DNA of 64,000 bases from Escherichia coli (GCF_036507355.1 NZ_AP027877.1), one strand, 5' to 3'. Shown: positions 35,067 to 47,367, numbered from the stretch's first letter. Made by a program: numbers and translations. Notes: generated from the sequence alone by a model not told the origin.

Positions 35067-35516
35067 ATGGCGGAAATTGGTATTTTTGTCGGCACCATGT
35101 ACGGAAATTCGCTGTTAGTGGCGGAAGAAGCAGAAGCAATTCTGACCGCACAGGGCCACAAAGCAACGGTATTTGAAGATCCTGAATTAAGCGACTGGCT
35201 GCCCTATCAGGATAAGTATGTTCTGGTGGTTACGTCCACGACCGGGCAGGGCGACCTTCCTGATAGCATTGTGCCGCTCTTTCAGGGAATCAAAGATAGT
35301 CTGGGCTTCCAGCCGAATCTGCGTTATGGCGTGATTGCGCTCGGCGACAGCAGTTATGTAAATTTCTGCAATGGCGGCAAACAGTTCGATGCCTTGTTGC
35401 AGGAACAGAGCGCTCAGCGGGTTGGCGAAATGCTGTTGATTGACGCCAGTGAGAACCCGGAACCGGAAACGGAATCAAATCCGTGGGTCGAACAGTGGGG
35501 CACGCTGTTGTCCTGA
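35067..35516 (+). CDS. yqcA: Flavodoxin-like protein YqcA
   Basis: 149-aa flavodoxin fold. Confidence 0.85.
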
Positions 35517-35569
35517 TATGTTCAGCGAGCGGTAAATGTCGTTTTAGCGGTGCTGAATCGAATCTTTTT

Positions 35570-35624
35570 AGGCAAATGCCAGTAAAAACTGCTTCATAGC
35601 GCGGATTTTTACTGGCGTTTGCCT
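35570..35624. promoter_or_regulatory. Long imperfect inverted repeat upstream of gudP
   Basis: 19-nt arms AGGCAAATGCCAGTAAAAA / TTTTTACTGGCGTTTGCCT with one mismatch and a 17-nt loop; no adjacent T-tract. Confidence 0.35.
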
Positions 35625-35950
35625 GGAGTCAAGCGATCCATTTCATACTCTTCTTTATTTCTTCGTTTTAACCCTTCCTTTCTTGTTCTTGTTTTCATTT
35701 CCGTGAAGTGGATTCCACCGTCCAGGGCTAATGCCAAAATCGGGCCTCATTGAACGCATTAATGTTGTGTTGTTGCACGGTGAGCCGCTATGGCGCGCTT
35801 TTTATACTGCTATTGCCAGATATAAACACGCGCCGTATTCGGCGAACGACCTATAAAAACGGCAAAAAACACCCTACGTCACCTCTGATTTCCTGGCGAT
35901 GTCGCAGTCCAGAGTGAGCGTGGCTAACGCGAATTTTCAGGAGTGCAACA

Positions 35951-37303
35951 ATGAGTTCTTTAAGTCAGGCTGCGAGCCGTGTGGAAAAACGCACGAATGC
36001 TCGTTACTGGATAGTGGTGATGTTGTTTATCGTCACATCCTTCAACTACGGCGACCGCGCTACGCTTTCTATTGCCGGTTCGGAAATGGCCAAAGATATC
36101 GGCCTTGATCCCGTGGGAATGGGCTATGTGTTCTCTGCCTTCTCATGGGCTTATGTTATCGGGCAGATCCCTGGTGGTTGGTTGCTGGATCGTTTTGGTT
36201 CAAAACGCGTCTACTTCTGGTCGATCTTTATCTGGTCGATGTTTACCTTGCTGCAAGGCTTCGTCGATATCTTTAGTGGATTCGGCATTATCGTTGCCCT
36301 GTTTACTCTGCGCTTCCTGGTCGGGCTTGCTGAAGCGCCATCTTTCCCCGGCAACAGTCGCATTGTTGCGGCCTGGTTTCCGGCGCAGGAAAGGGGAACG
36401 GCGGTGTCGATTTTTAACTCCGCTCAATACTTCGCAACGGTGATCTTCGCGCCGATTATGGGCTGGCTGACGCATGAAGTGGGCTGGTCACACGTCTTCT
36501 TCTTTATGGGCGGTCTGGGCATTGTCATCAGCTTTATCTGGTTGAAAGTCATCCACGAGCCAAATCAATATCCGGGGGTAAATCAGAAAGAGCTGGAGTA
36601 CATCGCCGCGGGTGGCGCGCTGATCAATATGGATCAGTAAAACACCAAAGTTAAAGTGCCGTTCAGCGTGAAGTGGGGGCAGATCAAACAACTGCTCGGG
36701 TCACGGATGATGATCGGCGTTTATATTGGTCAGTACTGTATCAACGCCCTGACTTACTTTTTCATTACCTGGTTTCCGGTTTATCTGGTGCAGGTGCGTG
36801 GGATGTCGATTCTGAAAGCGGGCTTTGTGGCTTCCGTTCCGGCGGTTTGCGGTTTTATCGGCGGTGTGCTGGGTGGGATTATTTCCGACTGGCTGATGCG
36901 CCGCACGGGATCGCTGAACATTGCGCGTAAAACACCGATCGTAATGGGCATGTTGCTGTCGATGGTGATGGTGTTCTGCAACTACGTCAACGTTGAGTGG
37001 ATGATCATCGGCTTTATGGCGCTGGCCTTCTTCGGTAAGGGCATTGGGGCGCTGGGTTGGGCAGTAATGGCAGATACCGCACCAAAAGAGATCAGCGGTC
37101 TTTCCGGTGGCCTGTTCAACATGTTCGGTAACATTTCTGGCATCGTCACGCCAATCGCAATTGGTTATATCGTTGGCACGACTGGCTCCTTTAATGGGGC
37201 GCTGATTTATGTTGGTGTTCATGCCTTAATCGCGGTACTGAGCTACCTGGTGCTGGTGGGCGATATCAAGCGTATCGAGCTGAAACCTGTCGCGGGGCAA
37301 TAA
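35951..37303 (+). pseudogene. gudP: Glucarate/galactarate MFS transporter GudP interrupted by an in-frame TAA at 36638-36640
   Basis: 229-aa ORF (35951-36640) and 215-aa ORF (36656-37303) are in the same frame and together form one 12-TM MFS protein; sequence reads ...INMDQ-TAA-NTKVKVPFSVKWGQ... Confidence 0.85.
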
Positions 37304-37304
37304 G

Positions 37305-38645
37305 ATGACGACACAATCCAGTCCTGTTATTACTGATATGAAAGTCATTCCGGTCGCCGGGCATGACAGCATGTTGCTCAATATTGGTGGTGCGCATAAC
37401 GCATACTTCACCCGCAATATCGTGGTACTCACCGATAACGCCGGGCATACCGGCATTGGTGAAGCACCGGGCGGAGAGGTGATTTATCAAACACTGGTCG
37501 AAGCTATTCCGATGGTGCTGGGCCAGGAAGTTGCGCGCCTGAATAAAGTGGTTCAGCAGGTGCATAAAGGTAATCAGGCCGCCGATTTTGATACCTTCGG
37601 CAAAGGTGCCTGGACTTTTGAATTGCGCGTTAATGCCGTAGCGGCGCTGGAAGCCGCCTTGCTTGACCTGTTAGGTAAGGCGCTGAATGTTCCGGTCTGC
37701 GAACTGTTAGGGCCAGGCAAGCAACGCGAGGCTATTACCGTCCTCGGTTATCTGTTTTATATCGGTGATCGGACCAAAACCGATCTTCCTTATCTGGAAA
37801 ATACGCCGGGCAACCATGAGTGGTATCAGTTGCGGCATCAGAAAGCGATGAACAGCGAAGCCGTTGTGCGTCTGGCGGAAGCCTCACAGGATCGCTACGG
37901 CTTTAAAGATTTTAAACTTAAGGGCGGCGTGTTACCTGGCGAGCAAGAAATCGACACTGTTCGTGCATTGAAGAAACGCTTCCCGGATGCGCGGATTACC
38001 GTTGATCCCAACGGTGCATGGCTGCTTGATGAAGCCATTTCTCTGTGCAAAGGGCTGAATGATGTTCTCACCTATGCCGAAGATCCATGTGGCGCAGAAC
38101 AGGGCTTCTCCGGACGTGAAGTGATGGCGGAGTTTCGGCGGGCGACCGGCTTGCCCGTTGCGACTAACATGATCGCCACCAACTGGCGCGAAATGGGTTA
38201 TGCGGTGATGCTCAATGCGGTAGATATTCCACTTGCCGATCCGCACTTCTGGACGCTTTCCGGTGCAGTCCGCGTGGCGCAGCTTTGCGACGACTGGGGG
38301 CTGACCTGGGGCTGCCATTCTAATAACCATTTCGATATCTCTCTGGCGATGTTTACCCATGTGGGCGCGGCGGCACCGGGTAATCCTACCGCTATCGATA
38401 CCCACTGGATTTGGCAGGAGGGCGATTGTCGCCTGACCCAAAATTCGCTGGAGATTAAAAACGGAAAAATTGCCGTTCCTGATGCGCCCGGTCTGGGCGT
38501 GGAACTGGACTGGGAACAGGTACAAAAGGCACATGAGGCCTATAAACGTCTGCCTGGCGGTGCGCGTAACGACGCAGGCCCGATGCAGTACCTGATCCCC
38601 GGCTGGACCTTTGACCGTAAACGTCCCGTTTTCGGCCGTCATTGA
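37305..38645 (+). CDS. gudX: Glucarate dehydratase-related protein (enolase superfamily)
   Basis: 446-aa ORF, paralogous to the downstream gudD. Confidence 0.9.
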   Translation: MTTQSSPVITDMKVIPVAGHDSMLLNIGGAHNAYFTRNIVVLTDNAGHTGIGEAPGGEVIYQTLVEAIPMVLGQEVARLNKVVQQVHKGNQAADFDTFGKGAWTFELRVNAVAALEAALLDLLGKALNVPVCELLGPGKQREAITVLGYLFYIGDRTKTDLPYLENTPGNHEWYQLRHQKAMNSEAVVRLAEASQDRYGFKDFKLKGGVLPGEQEIDTVRALKKRFPDARITVDPNGAWLLDEAISLCKGLNDVLTYAEDPCGAEQGFSGREVMAEFRRATGLPVATNMIATNWREMGYAVMLNAVDIPLADPHFWTLSGAVRVAQLCDDWGLTWGCHSNNHFDISLAMFTHVGAAAPGNPTAIDTHWIWQEGDCRLTQNSLEIKNGKIAVPDAPGLGVELDWEQVQKAHEAYKRLPGGARNDAGPMQYLIPGWTFDRKRPVFGRH

Positions 38646-38665
38646 TTCTGAAAAAGGACATAAAT

Positions 38666-40006
38666 ATGAGCTCTCAATTTACGACGCCTGTTGTTACTGA
38701 AATGCAGGTCATCCCGGTGGCGGGCCATGACAGTATGCTGATGAATCTGAGTGGTGCACACGCACCGTTCTTCACGCGTAATATTGTGATTATCAAAGAT
38801 AATTCTGGTCACACTGGCGTAGGGGAAATTCCCGGCGGCGAGAAAATCCGTAAAACGCTGGAAGATGCGATTCCGCTGGTAGTGGGTAAAACGCTGGGTG
38901 AATACAAAAACGTTCTGACGCTGGTGCGTAATACTTTTGCCGATCGTGATGCTGGTGGGCGCGGTTTGCAGACATTTGATTTGCGTACCACTATTCATGT
39001 AGTTACCGGGATAGAAGCGGCAATGCTGGATCTGCTGGGGCAGCATCTGGGGGTTAACGTGGCATCCCTGCTGGGCGATGGTCAACAGCGTAGCGAAGTC
39101 GAAATGCTCGGTTATCTGTTCTTCGTCGGTAATCGCAAAGCCACACCTCTGCCGTATCAAAGCCAGCCGGATGACTCATGCGACTGGTATCGCCTGCGTC
39201 ATGAAGAAGCGATGACGCCGGATGCGGTGGTGCGCCTGGCGGAAGCGGCGTATGAAAAATATGGCTTCAACGATTTCAAACTGAAAGGCGGTGTACTGGC
39301 CGGGGAAGAAGAGGCCGAGTCTATTGTGGCACTGGCGCAACGCTTCCCGCAGGCGCGTATTACGCTCGATCCTAACGGTGCCTGGTCGCTGAACGAAGCG
39401 ATTAAAATTGGTAAATACCTGAAAGGTTCGCTGGCTTATGCAGAAGATCCGTGTGGTGCGGAGCAAGGTTTCTCCGGGCGTGAAGTGATGGCAGAGTTCC
39501 GTCGCGCGACTGGCCTGCCGACTGCAACCAATATGATCGCCACCGACTGGCGGCAGATGGGCCATACGCTCTCGTTACAATCCGTTGATATCCCGCTGGC
39601 GGATCCGCATTTCTGGACGATGCAAGGTTCGGTACGTGTGGCGCAAATGTGCCATGAATTTGGCCTGACCTGGGGTTCGCACTCTAACAACCACTTCGAT
39701 ATTTCCCTGGCGATGTTTACCCATGTTGCCGCCGCTGCACCGGGTAAAATTACTGCTATTGATACGCACTGGATTTGGCAGGAAGGCAATCAGCGCCTGA
39801 CCAAAGAACCGTTTGAGATCAAAGGCGGGCTGGTACAGGTGCCAGAAAAACCGGGGCTGGGTGTAGAAATCGATATGGATCAAGTGATGAAAGCCCATGA
39901 ACTGTATCAGAAACACGGGCTTGGCGCGCGTGACGATGCGATGGGAATGCAGTATCTGATTCCTGGCTGGACGTTCGATAACAAGCGCCCGTGCATGGTG
40001 CGTTAA
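38666..40006 (+). CDS. gudD: D-glucarate dehydratase
   Basis: 446-aa product from ATG 38666; enolase-superfamily motifs. Confidence 0.9.
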   Translation: MSSQFTTPVVTEMQVIPVAGHDSMLMNLSGAHAPFFTRNIVIIKDNSGHTGVGEIPGGEKIRKTLEDAIPLVVGKTLGEYKNVLTLVRNTFADRDAGGRGLQTFDLRTTIHVVTGIEAAMLDLLGQHLGVNVASLLGDGQQRSEVEMLGYLFFVGNRKATPLPYQSQPDDSCDWYRLRHEEAMTPDAVVRLAEAAYEKYGFNDFKLKGGVLAGEEEAESIVALAQRFPQARITLDPNGAWSLNEAIKIGKYLKGSLAYAEDPCGAEQGFSGREVMAEFRRATGLPTATNMIATDWRQMGHTLSLQSVDIPLADPHFWTMQGSVRVAQMCHEFGLTWGSHSNNHFDISLAMFTHVAAAAPGKITAIDTHWIWQEGNQRLTKEPFEIKGGLVQVPEKPGLGVEIDMDQVMKAHELYQKHGLGARDDAMGMQYLIPGWTFDNKRPCMVR

Positions 40007-40015
40007 GACAGAAAA

Positions 40016-40046
40016 CCAAAACCGGCTCTGTCAGGAGCCGGTTTGA
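40016..40046. terminator. Bidirectional hairpin terminator between convergent gudD and barA
   Basis: AACCGGCTC-tgtcagg-GAGCCGGTT with T-rich tract on the minus-strand side. Confidence 0.5.
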
Positions 40047-40068
40047 GACTGATGCCAAACACAAAATT

Positions 40069-40166
40069 GCCTGATGCGCTACGCTTATCAGGCCTAAATG
40101 CTTTTTAATTTATTGAATTTAATTGGTTTTGTAGGCCGGATAAGGCGTTAACGCCGCATCCGGCAT
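40069..40166. repeat. Two REP-like palindromes (BIME)
   Basis: GCCTGATGCGCTACGCTTATCAGGCC and GTAGGCCGGATAAGGCGTTAACGCCGCATCCGGCA. Confidence 0.6.
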
Positions 40167-40238
40167 AAACACAGGCACTTTGTCACCAATCTGAAACCAG
40201 CGTCATAAAAAGCCGATTGCTACTCGACAAGACATCCA

Positions 40239-42995
40239 TTACCCGAGAATTTTGCTGGCTTCGCGCGCGACATTATCCATCTCGTCCAACAGTTCCAGCA
40301 GCTCCGGCTCCAAATCTTCTTCTTTAGTACCGCTACGTAACTGTTGTTCGATCAGTTGGCAGAGATTCTTCATACGCGGCACACCGCTATAGCCGCAACT
40401 GCCATGCAGTTTATGAATCAAATCAACCAGGCCTTCCGGGTTTTCTCCAACCAGCTGTTCCTCAACTTTGTTGCGAACTTCAGGCAGGAAATCGAGTAAC
40501 ATTTGCAGCATATCGCGCGCCAGATCGGTTTTTCCTGCTGCCTGGCGTAGTGCCAGTTGCCAGTCGAGGGTCGCATTCGGGTTCACCACAATTTCGTTGA
40601 CTTCGGGCGTCACGACGCGAGAGGAAATACCGCTGCCAGGCTTGTAGCGCAACAGCAAATTATGCAATCGCTCTTCTTCAATCGGTTTCGCCAGATAATC
40701 ACTCATCCCTGCGCCAAGCAGCTTCTCTTTTTGCCCGGCCATTGCATGCGCCGTTACCGCGATAACCGGCGTTTGTTGCTGATGGGGGAGTTGGTGGATG
40801 AGTTCGCAGGCCCGAATGCCATCCATGTCCGGCATTTGAATATCCATTAAGATCAAATCGAACGGCATCTGTTTCGCCCGTTCAACCGCCTGATGCCCGC
40901 TATCGCAAAGCTCCACATGTTGCACCATATCTTCCAGCAATGCGCCGATAAGTTTCAGGTTAGCGGGGTTGTCATCAACCGCCATGACTGTCATTGCCAG
41001 CTTACTTTCATCGGTTACAGGCAAAAGCGTGTTTTGTTTGTGATGACAAAATTCCGTCAGGGCAGGCAACAGGCGCGTAGGTGTTAATGGTTTCAGCAGA
41101 CACGCGCCGATACCATCTTGCTTGAGTTTTTCAGCATTGACTTGTGCATGGCAAGGAAGTGCCAGCATCAGGAAATCGGTCATCGATACCGCTTTCGCTA
41201 ATCGCTCATGTTGCATTGTTAGCGGCTCGCGGAAGGTCACCGCGATGCCTAACAACATCATGTCGTAATGCGCGGGAGGCAGCGCGGAGAACGTTGGGCT
41301 ATAAACCACTTCCAGCGGCGTTTCACTTAAAATATCCAGCGTGCATTGCGCTGCTGCGGAGTTTGGTTCGACATAGGCCAGGCGTTTACCGGCGAGGCAC
41401 TGGGTGGATGGCCCTTCAATAATAATGTTCGGGTTCAGATCGAGATTAATGTGGAACCAGAAAGTTGAACCGCGATTCGGCTGGCTATGGAACGAAATAT
41501 CGCCGCCCATTTCATTAACCAGTTTTTGTGTAATCACCAGCCCCAGCCCGGTGCCACCATGACGGCGGGAAATACTGGCATCAGCCTGTCGGAAGGCCTG
41601 GAATAAGCGCGATTGATCGCGTTCAGGAATACCAATGCCGGTATCCCGAATCTGCACTTCAATCTGCACTTTGGTATTACTCAGCGCACGTTTTTCTACC
41701 AGAATATCAATGTTGCCATTCTCGGTGAATTTAATTGCATTCCCCACCAGGTTAGTGATGATTTGCTGTAATCGCAGTGGGTCGCCGATCACGTTATCAG
41801 GCACGTCGCTTTTAATATTGAGCGTCAGTTCCAACCCTTTATCGTGAGAAGAATGTGCCAGCAGAGTAACGACTTCATCCAGCGTGCTGCGTAGTGGGAA
41901 TGGAATACTTTCCAGAATCAGCTTACCTGCTTCCAGTTTCGAGAAGTCGAGAACATCATTAATAATTGCCAGCAAATTATTTGCCGAACGTTCAATCGTA
42001 TTCAGGTGATCGCGCTGCGTTGGTGTTAATTCTGTTTTCAGCGTCAGGCGGGTAAAGCCAATAACACCATTCAGTGGTGTACGCAGCTCGTGTGACATAT
42101 TTGCCAGAAACTCGGATTTAATACGCGCCGCTTCCTGGGCGCGCTTTTTCGCCAGATCCAACTCAACGTTCTGAATTTCCATCTGCTCCAGCGTTTCACG
42201 CAGATCGGACGTCGCCTGGTCGATATTGTGCTGCATCTCTTCGTGATAAGCAGCCAGCGACATTGCCATCGAGTTGATACCGTTTTTCAGCATATCCAGC
42301 TCGCCGAGCATAAATCCTTCCACCCGGCTGTCGAGTTGCCCGCGACGGATGCGGTCGACGGTATTCACCATGTTGCGAATCGGACCGGTTACATCGCGCA
42401 TTAAGCGCCAGCCAAAAATAAGCGCAATACCGATACAAAACAGCATCATCACGCTGGAAATAAAGATCTCTTTATATTGCTGCAAGCGAACCGATTTAAG
42501 ATCCAGCTCAAGCGCAATATATCCCAACATATTTTGACTATTTTTGGCATCGCTACTGGGCGATTCGTCGGGGGAGTAACTCTCAGAAATAATCGGCGTG
42601 CGGAGGATCATAATATCGCCGTCACGAGTGACAGTGAGCTGGCGAGGAAACGGCACGTTGCTGCCGAGCTGCATTGATGAGGGATCAAGATGAAAATTGG
42701 AGGTGACAAAGAGTCGGTTATTTTCATCATAAACCGAAATCGCGCGAACAATATCGGAATGGCGACGATGCAGTACGCTTATTAACTGACCGATAGATTC
42801 GCGATTTTGCAGGCTCATGCCATATTCAGTAGAAACTGCAAGCGGCTCAATAATGCTGGCACCGGCATCTTCCAGTTGACGCTGCAAGTCGTTATAGCGA
42901 TGCACGACGAAAAAGATACTCAGCAATAAACCAATAAGGACGGTCGGTGCCAGGATCAGAATCATCATGCGTGCGCGCAGGCTGTAGTTGGTCAT
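40239..42995 (-). CDS. barA: Hybrid sensor histidine kinase BarA
   Basis: 918-aa ORF with TM, HAMP, HisKA/HATPase, receiver and HPt domains. Confidence 0.9.
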
Positions 42996-43051
42996 GGAGT
43001 TCCGTTATGGGACAATTAAGGTCACACTGTTAAATTGAGAAAGTCTCGCCA

Positions 43052-44353
43052 ATGGCGCAATTCTACTCTGCAAAACGACGCACGACGACGCGTCAGATCA
43101 TAACCGTTTCAGTCAACGACCTCGACTCTTTTGGTCAGGGCGTGGCGCGACATAACGGCAAAACGCTATTTATCCCCGGATTATTGCCGCAGGAAAACGC
43201 GGAAGTTACTGTTACTGAAGATAAAAAACAGTATGCCCGCGCTAAAGTCGTACGCCGGTTAAGCGATAGCCCGGAACGCGAAACGCCACGCTGTCCTCAT
43301 TTTGGCGTATGCGGCGGCTGTCAGCAACAACACGCCAGCGTGGATTTACAGCAGCGAAGCAAAAGTGCGGCACTCGCCCGATTAATGAAACACGAAGTCT
43401 CTGAAGTGATCGCCGATGTTCCCTGGGGCTATCGCCGTCGCGCGCGTTTAAGTCTGAATTACTTACCGAAAACACAGCAACTTCAGATGGGGTTTCGCAA
43501 AGCGGGCTCCAGTGACATTGTCGACGTTAAACAATGCCCCATTTTAGTGCCCCAACTTGAAGCATTGCTGCCCAAAGTCAGGGCATGCCTGGGCAGCTTA
43601 CAAGCTATGCGCCATCTTGGTCATGTTGAACTGGTACAGGCAACCAGCGGCACGCTGATGATTTTGCGCCATACCGCACCGCTAAGTTCGGCAGATCGCG
43701 AAAAACTGGAACACTTTTCGCATTCTGAAGGCCTGGATCTGTATCTTGCCCCCGATAGTGAGATACTCGAAACCGTCTCTGGTGAGATGCCCTGGTATGA
43801 CTCAAACGGGTTGCGCTTAACTTTTAGCCCGCGCGATTTTATTCAGGTCAATGCGGGTGTGAACCAAAAAATGGTAGCGCGTGCGTTGGAATGGCTGGAT
43901 GTGCAACCTGAAGATCGCGTACTGGATCTGTTCTGTGGTATGGGCAACTTTACACTGCCATTGGCGACACAAGCAGCCAGTGTCGTGGGTGTAGAAGGTG
44001 TTCCGGCGCTGGTGGAAAAAGGCCAGCAGAATGCGCGTCTTAATGGCTTACAGAATGTGACGTTTTATCATGAAAATCTTGAAGAAGATGTCACAAAGCA
44101 GCCGTGGGCGAAAAACGGCTTCGATAAAGTGTTGCTGGACCCCGCGCGAGCAGGTGCCGCAGGTGTTATGCAGCAAATTATAAAACTGGAACCTATTCGT
44201 ATAGTTTATGTATCCTGTAACCCTGCAACGCTGGCTCGGGATAGCGAAGCGTTATTAAAAGCAGGATATACCATTGCGCGACTGGCGATGCTGGATATGT
44301 TCCCACACACGGGACATCTGGAATCGATGGTACTTTTCTCGCGCGTTAAATAG
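43052..44353 (+). CDS. rlmD: 23S rRNA m5U1939 methyltransferase RlmD (RumA)
   Basis: 433-aa ORF with TRAM domain, Fe-S cysteines ([10 protein letters not shown]) and SAM-MTase domain. Confidence 0.9.
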   Translation: MAQFYSAKRRTTTRQIITVSVNDLDSFGQGVARHNGKTLFIPGLLPQENAEVTVTEDKKQYARAKVVRRLSDSPERETPRCPHFGVCGGCQQQHASVDLQQRSKSAALARLMKHEVSEVIADVPWGYRRRARLSLNYLPKTQQLQMGFRKAGSSDIVDVKQCPILVPQLEALLPKVRACLGSLQAMRHLGHVELVQATSGTLMILRHTAPLSSADREKLEHFSHSEGLDLYLAPDSEILETVSGEMPWYDSNGLRLTFSPRDFIQVNAGVNQKMVARALEWLDVQPEDRVLDLFCGMGNFTLPLATQAASVVGVEGVPALVEKGQQNARLNGLQNVTFYHENLEEDVTKQPWAKNGFDKVLLDPARAGAAGVMQQIIKLEPIRIVYVSCNPATLARDSEALLKAGYTIARLAMLDMFPHTGHLESMVLFSRVK

Positions 44354-44400
44354 TTGCGATTTGCCGATTTCGGCAGGTCTGGTCCCTAAAGGAGAGGACG

Positions 44401-46635
44401 ATGGTTGCGGTAAGAAGTGCACATATCAATAAGGCTGGTGAATTTGATCCGGAAAAATGGATCGCAAGTCTGGGTATTACCAGCCAGAAGTCGTGTGAGT
44501 GCTTAGCCGAAACCTGGGCGTATTGTCTGCAACAGACGCAGGGGCATCCGGATGCCAGTCTGTTATTGTGGCGTGGTGTTGAGATGGTGGAGATCCTCTC
44601 GACATTAAGTATGGACATTGACACGCTGCGGGCGGCGCTGTTGTTCCCTCTGGCTGATGCCAACGTGGTCAGCGAAGATGTGCTGCGTGAGAGCGTCGGT
44701 AAGTCGGTCGTTAACCTTATTCACGGCGTGCGTGATATGGCGGCGATCCGCCAGCTGAAAGCGACGCACACTGATTCTGTTTCCTCCGAACAGGTCGATA
44801 ACGTTCGCCGGATGTTATTGGCGATGGTCGATGATTTTCGCTGCGTGGTCATCAAACTGGCGGAGCGTATTGCTCATCTGCGTGAAGTAAAAGATGCGCC
44901 GGAAGATGAACGCGTACTGGCGGCAAAAGAGTGCACTAATATCTACGCGCCGCTGGCGAACCGTCTTGGGATTGGGCAACTGAAATGGGAGCTGGAAGAT
45001 TACTGCTTCCGTTATCTCCACCCGACCGAATATAAACGCATCGCAAAACTGTTGCATGAACGCCGTCTCGACCGCGAACACTATATCGAAGAGTTTGTCG
45101 GCCATCTGCGCGCTGAGATGAAAGCTGAAGGCGTTAAAGCTGAAGTGTATGGTCGTCCGAAACACATCTACAGCATCTGGCGCAAAATGCAGAAAAAGAA
45201 TCTCGCCTTCGATGAGCTGTTTGATGTGCGTGCGGTACGTATTGTCGCCGAGCGTTTACAGGATTGTTATGCCGCACTGGGGATAGTGCACACTCACTAT
45301 CGCCACCTGCCGGATGAGTTTGACGATTATGTCGCTAACCCGAAACCAAACGGTTATCAGTCTATTCATACCGTGGTTCTGGGGCCGGGTGGAAAAACCG
45401 TTGAGATCCAAATCCGCACCAAACAGATGCATGAAGATGCAGAGTTGGGTGTTGCTGCGCACTGGAAATATAAAGAGGGCGCGGCTGCTGGCGGCGCACG
45501 TTCGGGACATGAAGACCGGATTGCCTGGCTGCGTAAACTGATTGCGTGGCAGGAAGAGATGGCTGATTCCGGCGAAATGCTCGACGAAGTACGTAGTCAG
45601 GTGTTTGACGACCGGGTGTATGTCTTTACGCCGAAAGGTGATGTCGTTGATTTACCTGCGGGATCAACGCCGCTGGACTTCGCTTACCACATCCACAGTG
45701 ATGTCGGACACCGCTGTATCGGGGCAAAAATTGGCGGGCGCATTGTGCCGTTCACCTACCAGCTGCAAATGGGCGACCAGATTGAAATTATCACCCAGAA
45801 ACAGCCGAACCCCAGCCGTGACTGGTTAAACCCAAACCTCGGTTACGTCACAACCAGCCGTGGGCGTTCGAAAATTCACGCCTGGTTCCGTAAACAGGAC
45901 CGTGACAAAAACATTCTGGCTGGGCGGCAAATCCTTGACGACGAGCTGGAACATCTGGGGATCAGCCTGAAAGAAGCAGAAAAACATCTGCTGCCGCGTT
46001 ACAACTTCAATGATGTCGACGAGTTGCTGGCGGCGATTGGTGGAGGGGATATCCGTCTCAATCAGATGGTGAACTTCCTGCAATCGCAATTTAATAAGCC
46101 GAGTGCCGAAGAGCAGGACGCCGCCGCGCTGAAGCAACTTCAGCAAAAAAGCTACACGCCGCAAAACCGCAGTAAAGATAACGGTCGTGTGGTGGTTGAA
46201 GGTGTCGGTAACCTGATGCACCACATCGCGCGCTGCTGCCAGCCGATTCCTGGAGATGAGATTGTCGGCTTCATTACCCAAGGACGCGGTATTTCAGTAC
46301 ACCGCGCCGATTGCGAACAACTGGCGGAACTGCGCTCCCATGCGCCAGAACGCATTGTTGACGCGGTATGGGGCGAGAGCTACTCCGCCGGATATTCGCT
46401 GGTGGTCCGCGTGGTGGCTAATGATCGTAGTGGGTTGTTACGTGATATCACGACCATTCTCGCCAATGAGAAAGTGAACGTGCTTGGCGTTGCCAGCCGT
46501 AGCGACACCAAACAGCAACTGGCGACCATCGACATGACCATTGAGATTTACAACCTGCAGGTGCTGGGTCGCGTGCTGGGTAAACTCAACCAGGTGCCGG
46601 ATGTTATCGACGCGCGTCGGTTGCACGGCAGTTAG
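44401..46635 (+). CDS. relA: GTP pyrophosphokinase / (p)ppGpp synthetase I
   Basis: 744-aa RelA/SpoT-family ORF. Confidence 0.95.
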   Translation: MVAVRSAHINKAGEFDPEKWIASLGITSQKSCECLAETWAYCLQQTQGHPDASLLLWRGVEMVEILSTLSMDIDTLRAALLFPLADANVVSEDVLRESVGKSVVNLIHGVRDMAAIRQLKATHTDSVSSEQVDNVRRMLLAMVDDFRCVVIKLAERIAHLREVKDAPEDERVLAAKECTNIYAPLANRLGIGQLKWELEDYCFRYLHPTEYKRIAKLLHERRLDREHYIEEFVGHLRAEMKAEGVKAEVYGRPKHIYSIWRKMQKKNLAFDELFDVRAVRIVAERLQDCYAALGIVHTHYRHLPDEFDDYVANPKPNGYQSIHTVVLGPGGKTVEIQIRTKQMHEDAELGVAAHWKYKEGAAAGGARSGHEDRIAWLRKLIAWQEEMADSGEMLDEVRSQVFDDRVYVFTPKGDVVDLPAGSTPLDFAYHIHSDVGHRCIGAKIGGRIVPFTYQLQMGDQIEIITQKQPNPSRDWLNPNLGYVTTSRGRSKIHAWFRKQDRDKNILAGRQILDDELEHLGISLKEAEKHLLPRYNFNDVDELLAAIGGGDIRLNQMVNFLQSQFNKPSAEEQDAAALKQLQQKSYTPQNRSKDNGRVVVEGVGNLMHHIARCCQPIPGDEIVGFITQGRGISVHRADCEQLAELRSHAPERIVDAVWGESYSAGYSLVVRVVANDRSGLLRDITTILANEKVNVLGVASRSDTKQQLATIDMTIEIYNLQVLGRVLGKLNQVPDVIDARRLHGS

Positions 46636-46649
46636 GCAGAAATTTGCTC

Positions 46650-46700
46650 GTATCTACAATGTAGATTGATATATACTGTATCTACATATGATAGCGGTTT
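46650..46700 (+). promoter_or_regulatory. mazEF promoter region with alternating palindromes
   Basis: TATCTACAATGTAGATTGATATATACTGTATCTACATATGATAGC immediately upstream of mazE. Confidence 0.6.
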
Positions 46701-46712
46701 GAGGAAAGGGTT

Positions 46713-46961
46713 ATGATCCACAGTAGCGTAAAGCGTTGGGGAAATTCACCGGCGGTGCGGATCCCGGCTACGTTAATGCAGGCGCTCAATCTGAATATTG
46801 ATGATGAAGTGAAGATTGACCTGGTGGATGGCAAATTAATTATTGAGCCAGTGCGTAAAGAGCCCGTATTTACGCTTGCTGAACTGGTCAACGACATCAC
46901 GCCGGAAAACCTCCACGAGAATATCGACTGGGGAGAGCCGAAAGATAAGGAAGTCTGGTAA
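46713..46961 (+). CDS. mazE: Antitoxin MazE
   Basis: 82-aa AbrB/SpoVT-fold antitoxin; start [19 protein letters not shown]. Confidence 0.95.
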
Positions 46962-47296
46962 TGGTAAGCCGATACGTACCCGATATGGGCGATCTGATTT
47001 GGGTTGATTTTGACCCGACAAAAGGTAGCGAGCAAGCCGGACATCGTCCGGCTGTTGTCCTGAGTCCGTTCATGTACAACAACAAAACAGGTATGTGTCT
47101 GTGTGTTCCTTGTACAACGCAATCAAAAGGATATCCGTTCGAAGTTGTTTTATCCGGTCAGGAACGTGATGGCGTAGCGTTAGCTGATCAGGTAAAAAGT
47201 ATCGCCTGGCGGGCAAGAGGAGCAACGAAGAAAGGAACGGTTGCCCCAGAGGAATTACAACTCATTAAAGCCAAAATTAACGTACTGATTGGGTAG
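46961..47296 (+). CDS. mazF: mRNA interferase toxin MazF
   Basis: 111-aa PemK/MazF-family toxin; ATG overlaps mazE stop. Confidence 0.95.
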   Translation: MVSRYVPDMGDLIWVDFDPTKGSEQAGHRPAVVLSPFMYNNKTGMCLCVPCTTQSKGYPFEVVLSGQERDGVALADQVKSIAWRARGATKKGTVAPEELQLIKAKINVLIG

Positions 47297-47367
47297 GTGT
47301 TACTAACTCACTTCTATTCTGGTCACAGGTTTCCACCTGACAGACCCGCAATTTTCAGGACATTCTA

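Noticed and set aside
37932-38642. 236-aa ORF antisense to gudX, with similar antisense ORFs in fucI (16788-17537), ygcU (58552-59517), mltA (6165-6734) and relA
   Set aside because: All are embedded antisense in strongly supported coding genes and show no independent signals.
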